From a virus: a stretch of DNA of 64,000 nt. How positions within the stretch are numbered: the stretch's first letter is position 1; each line of letters starts with the position of its first letter. Shown here piece by piece: positions 63,543 to 64,000 of the stretch. The stretch is taken from IMG/VR virus record IMGVR_UViG_3300036402_000062, positions 135 through 64,134 of that record; one strand, given 5' to 3'. The notes beneath the pieces were generated by a model that saw nothing but the letters and a program-made list of their open reading frames with translations, did no database searches and was not told the DNA's origin. The position numbers were made by a program, and so were the translations under genes.

Positions 63543-63997
63543 GAACCCTCCTTCACGCCATCGGTGGAATTGCCCTCTGAGTGCGGCACTGCAGGATCAA
63601 GGTCGCGCGGCAGCGGCGGGTTGGTTTGGTCCGGGCCCGGAATCTCCCACGGCTTCGCACCCACAGCTACGCCAGCGGCGGCGAGCGCCTCGCGGGCGTT
63701 GTGGCACAGCTTGGCGCAATGTCGGGATCGCTGCCCGTTGAACTCGGGGTCACACCCCGGATTGCACGGCTCCCAATGCGGCAGCGGCTCAGTCGGCGCA
63801 CCCACAGCCACGCCATCAATCACTGCCTGCTGCTGCGCGGCAACCTTGTCCATGACTTTGGCGTAAACCTCGGCCTTCGCTTCCGGCGACCAGTTGCGGA
63901 TGAAGTCGGACAGGCCGCTCGCACCCTCCGGCGCGCCAGGGGTGGTGGGCTGCGGCTCGCTACAGTCACATGGCCCCGGTTCAAAAGCTGGGGCCAC
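63539..63997 (-). CDS. hypothetical mosaic phage protein (possibly 5'-truncated by the window edge)
   Basis: Contains GVAVGA and GVKEG boundary motifs shared with the genes at 1-5.1 kb. Confidence 0.6.
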   Translation of the reverse strand: MAPAFEPGPCDCSEPQPTTPGAPEGASGLSDFIRNWSPEAKAEVYAKVMDKVAAQQQAVIDGVAVGAPTEPLPHWEPCNPGCDPEFNGQRSRHCAKLCHNAREALAAAGVAVGAKPWEIPGPDQTNPPLPRDLDPAVPHSEGNSTDGVKEGS

Positions 63998-64000
63998 TGA

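Overview
The window is a nearly complete, GC-rich, lambdoid/HK97-like temperate siphophage genome. A Betaproteobacteria/Burkholderiales host is my inference from gene content and GC. Order: leftward early operon (1-13 kb: small modular genes, DNA methylase, YqaJ/RecT), immunity region (cI-like/cro with CTAG-periodic operators), replication and nin-like genes, Q-like antiterminator, late promoter with a tRNA-Gly, lysis, packaging, head, tail, tailspike. A tRNA-Leu 3' half flanked on both sides by arm-type repeats (attP configuration) follows, then integrase, excisionase and more early-left genes. The sequence therefore reads like a circularly permuted excised phage or a tandem-prophage junction. 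The standout is a self-contained transcription unit at about 47.0-49.5 kb, inserted between the tail chaperones and the tape measure gene. It comprises Arc/Mnt regulators, a KilA-N protein, a stand-alone 191-aa RAMP/Cas7-like protein, a conserved helper ORF and a non-coding 5-nt-periodic GGY-NN array of three blocks, bounded by a hairpin and a terminator. It has the architecture of an RNA-guided system without CRISPR repeats or cas1/2, matching what I recall (unverified) of the recently reported phage VIPR systems. Other points of interest: a methyltransferase/glycosyltransferase-like fusion in the head operon, signal peptides on structural-operon proteins, a tandem-duplicated Dit-like protein, a convergent methyltransferase moron, an alarmone hydrolase-like HD protein and shared gene-boundary repeats in the early operon. 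All product calls come from motif recognition by eye; no database searches were run.
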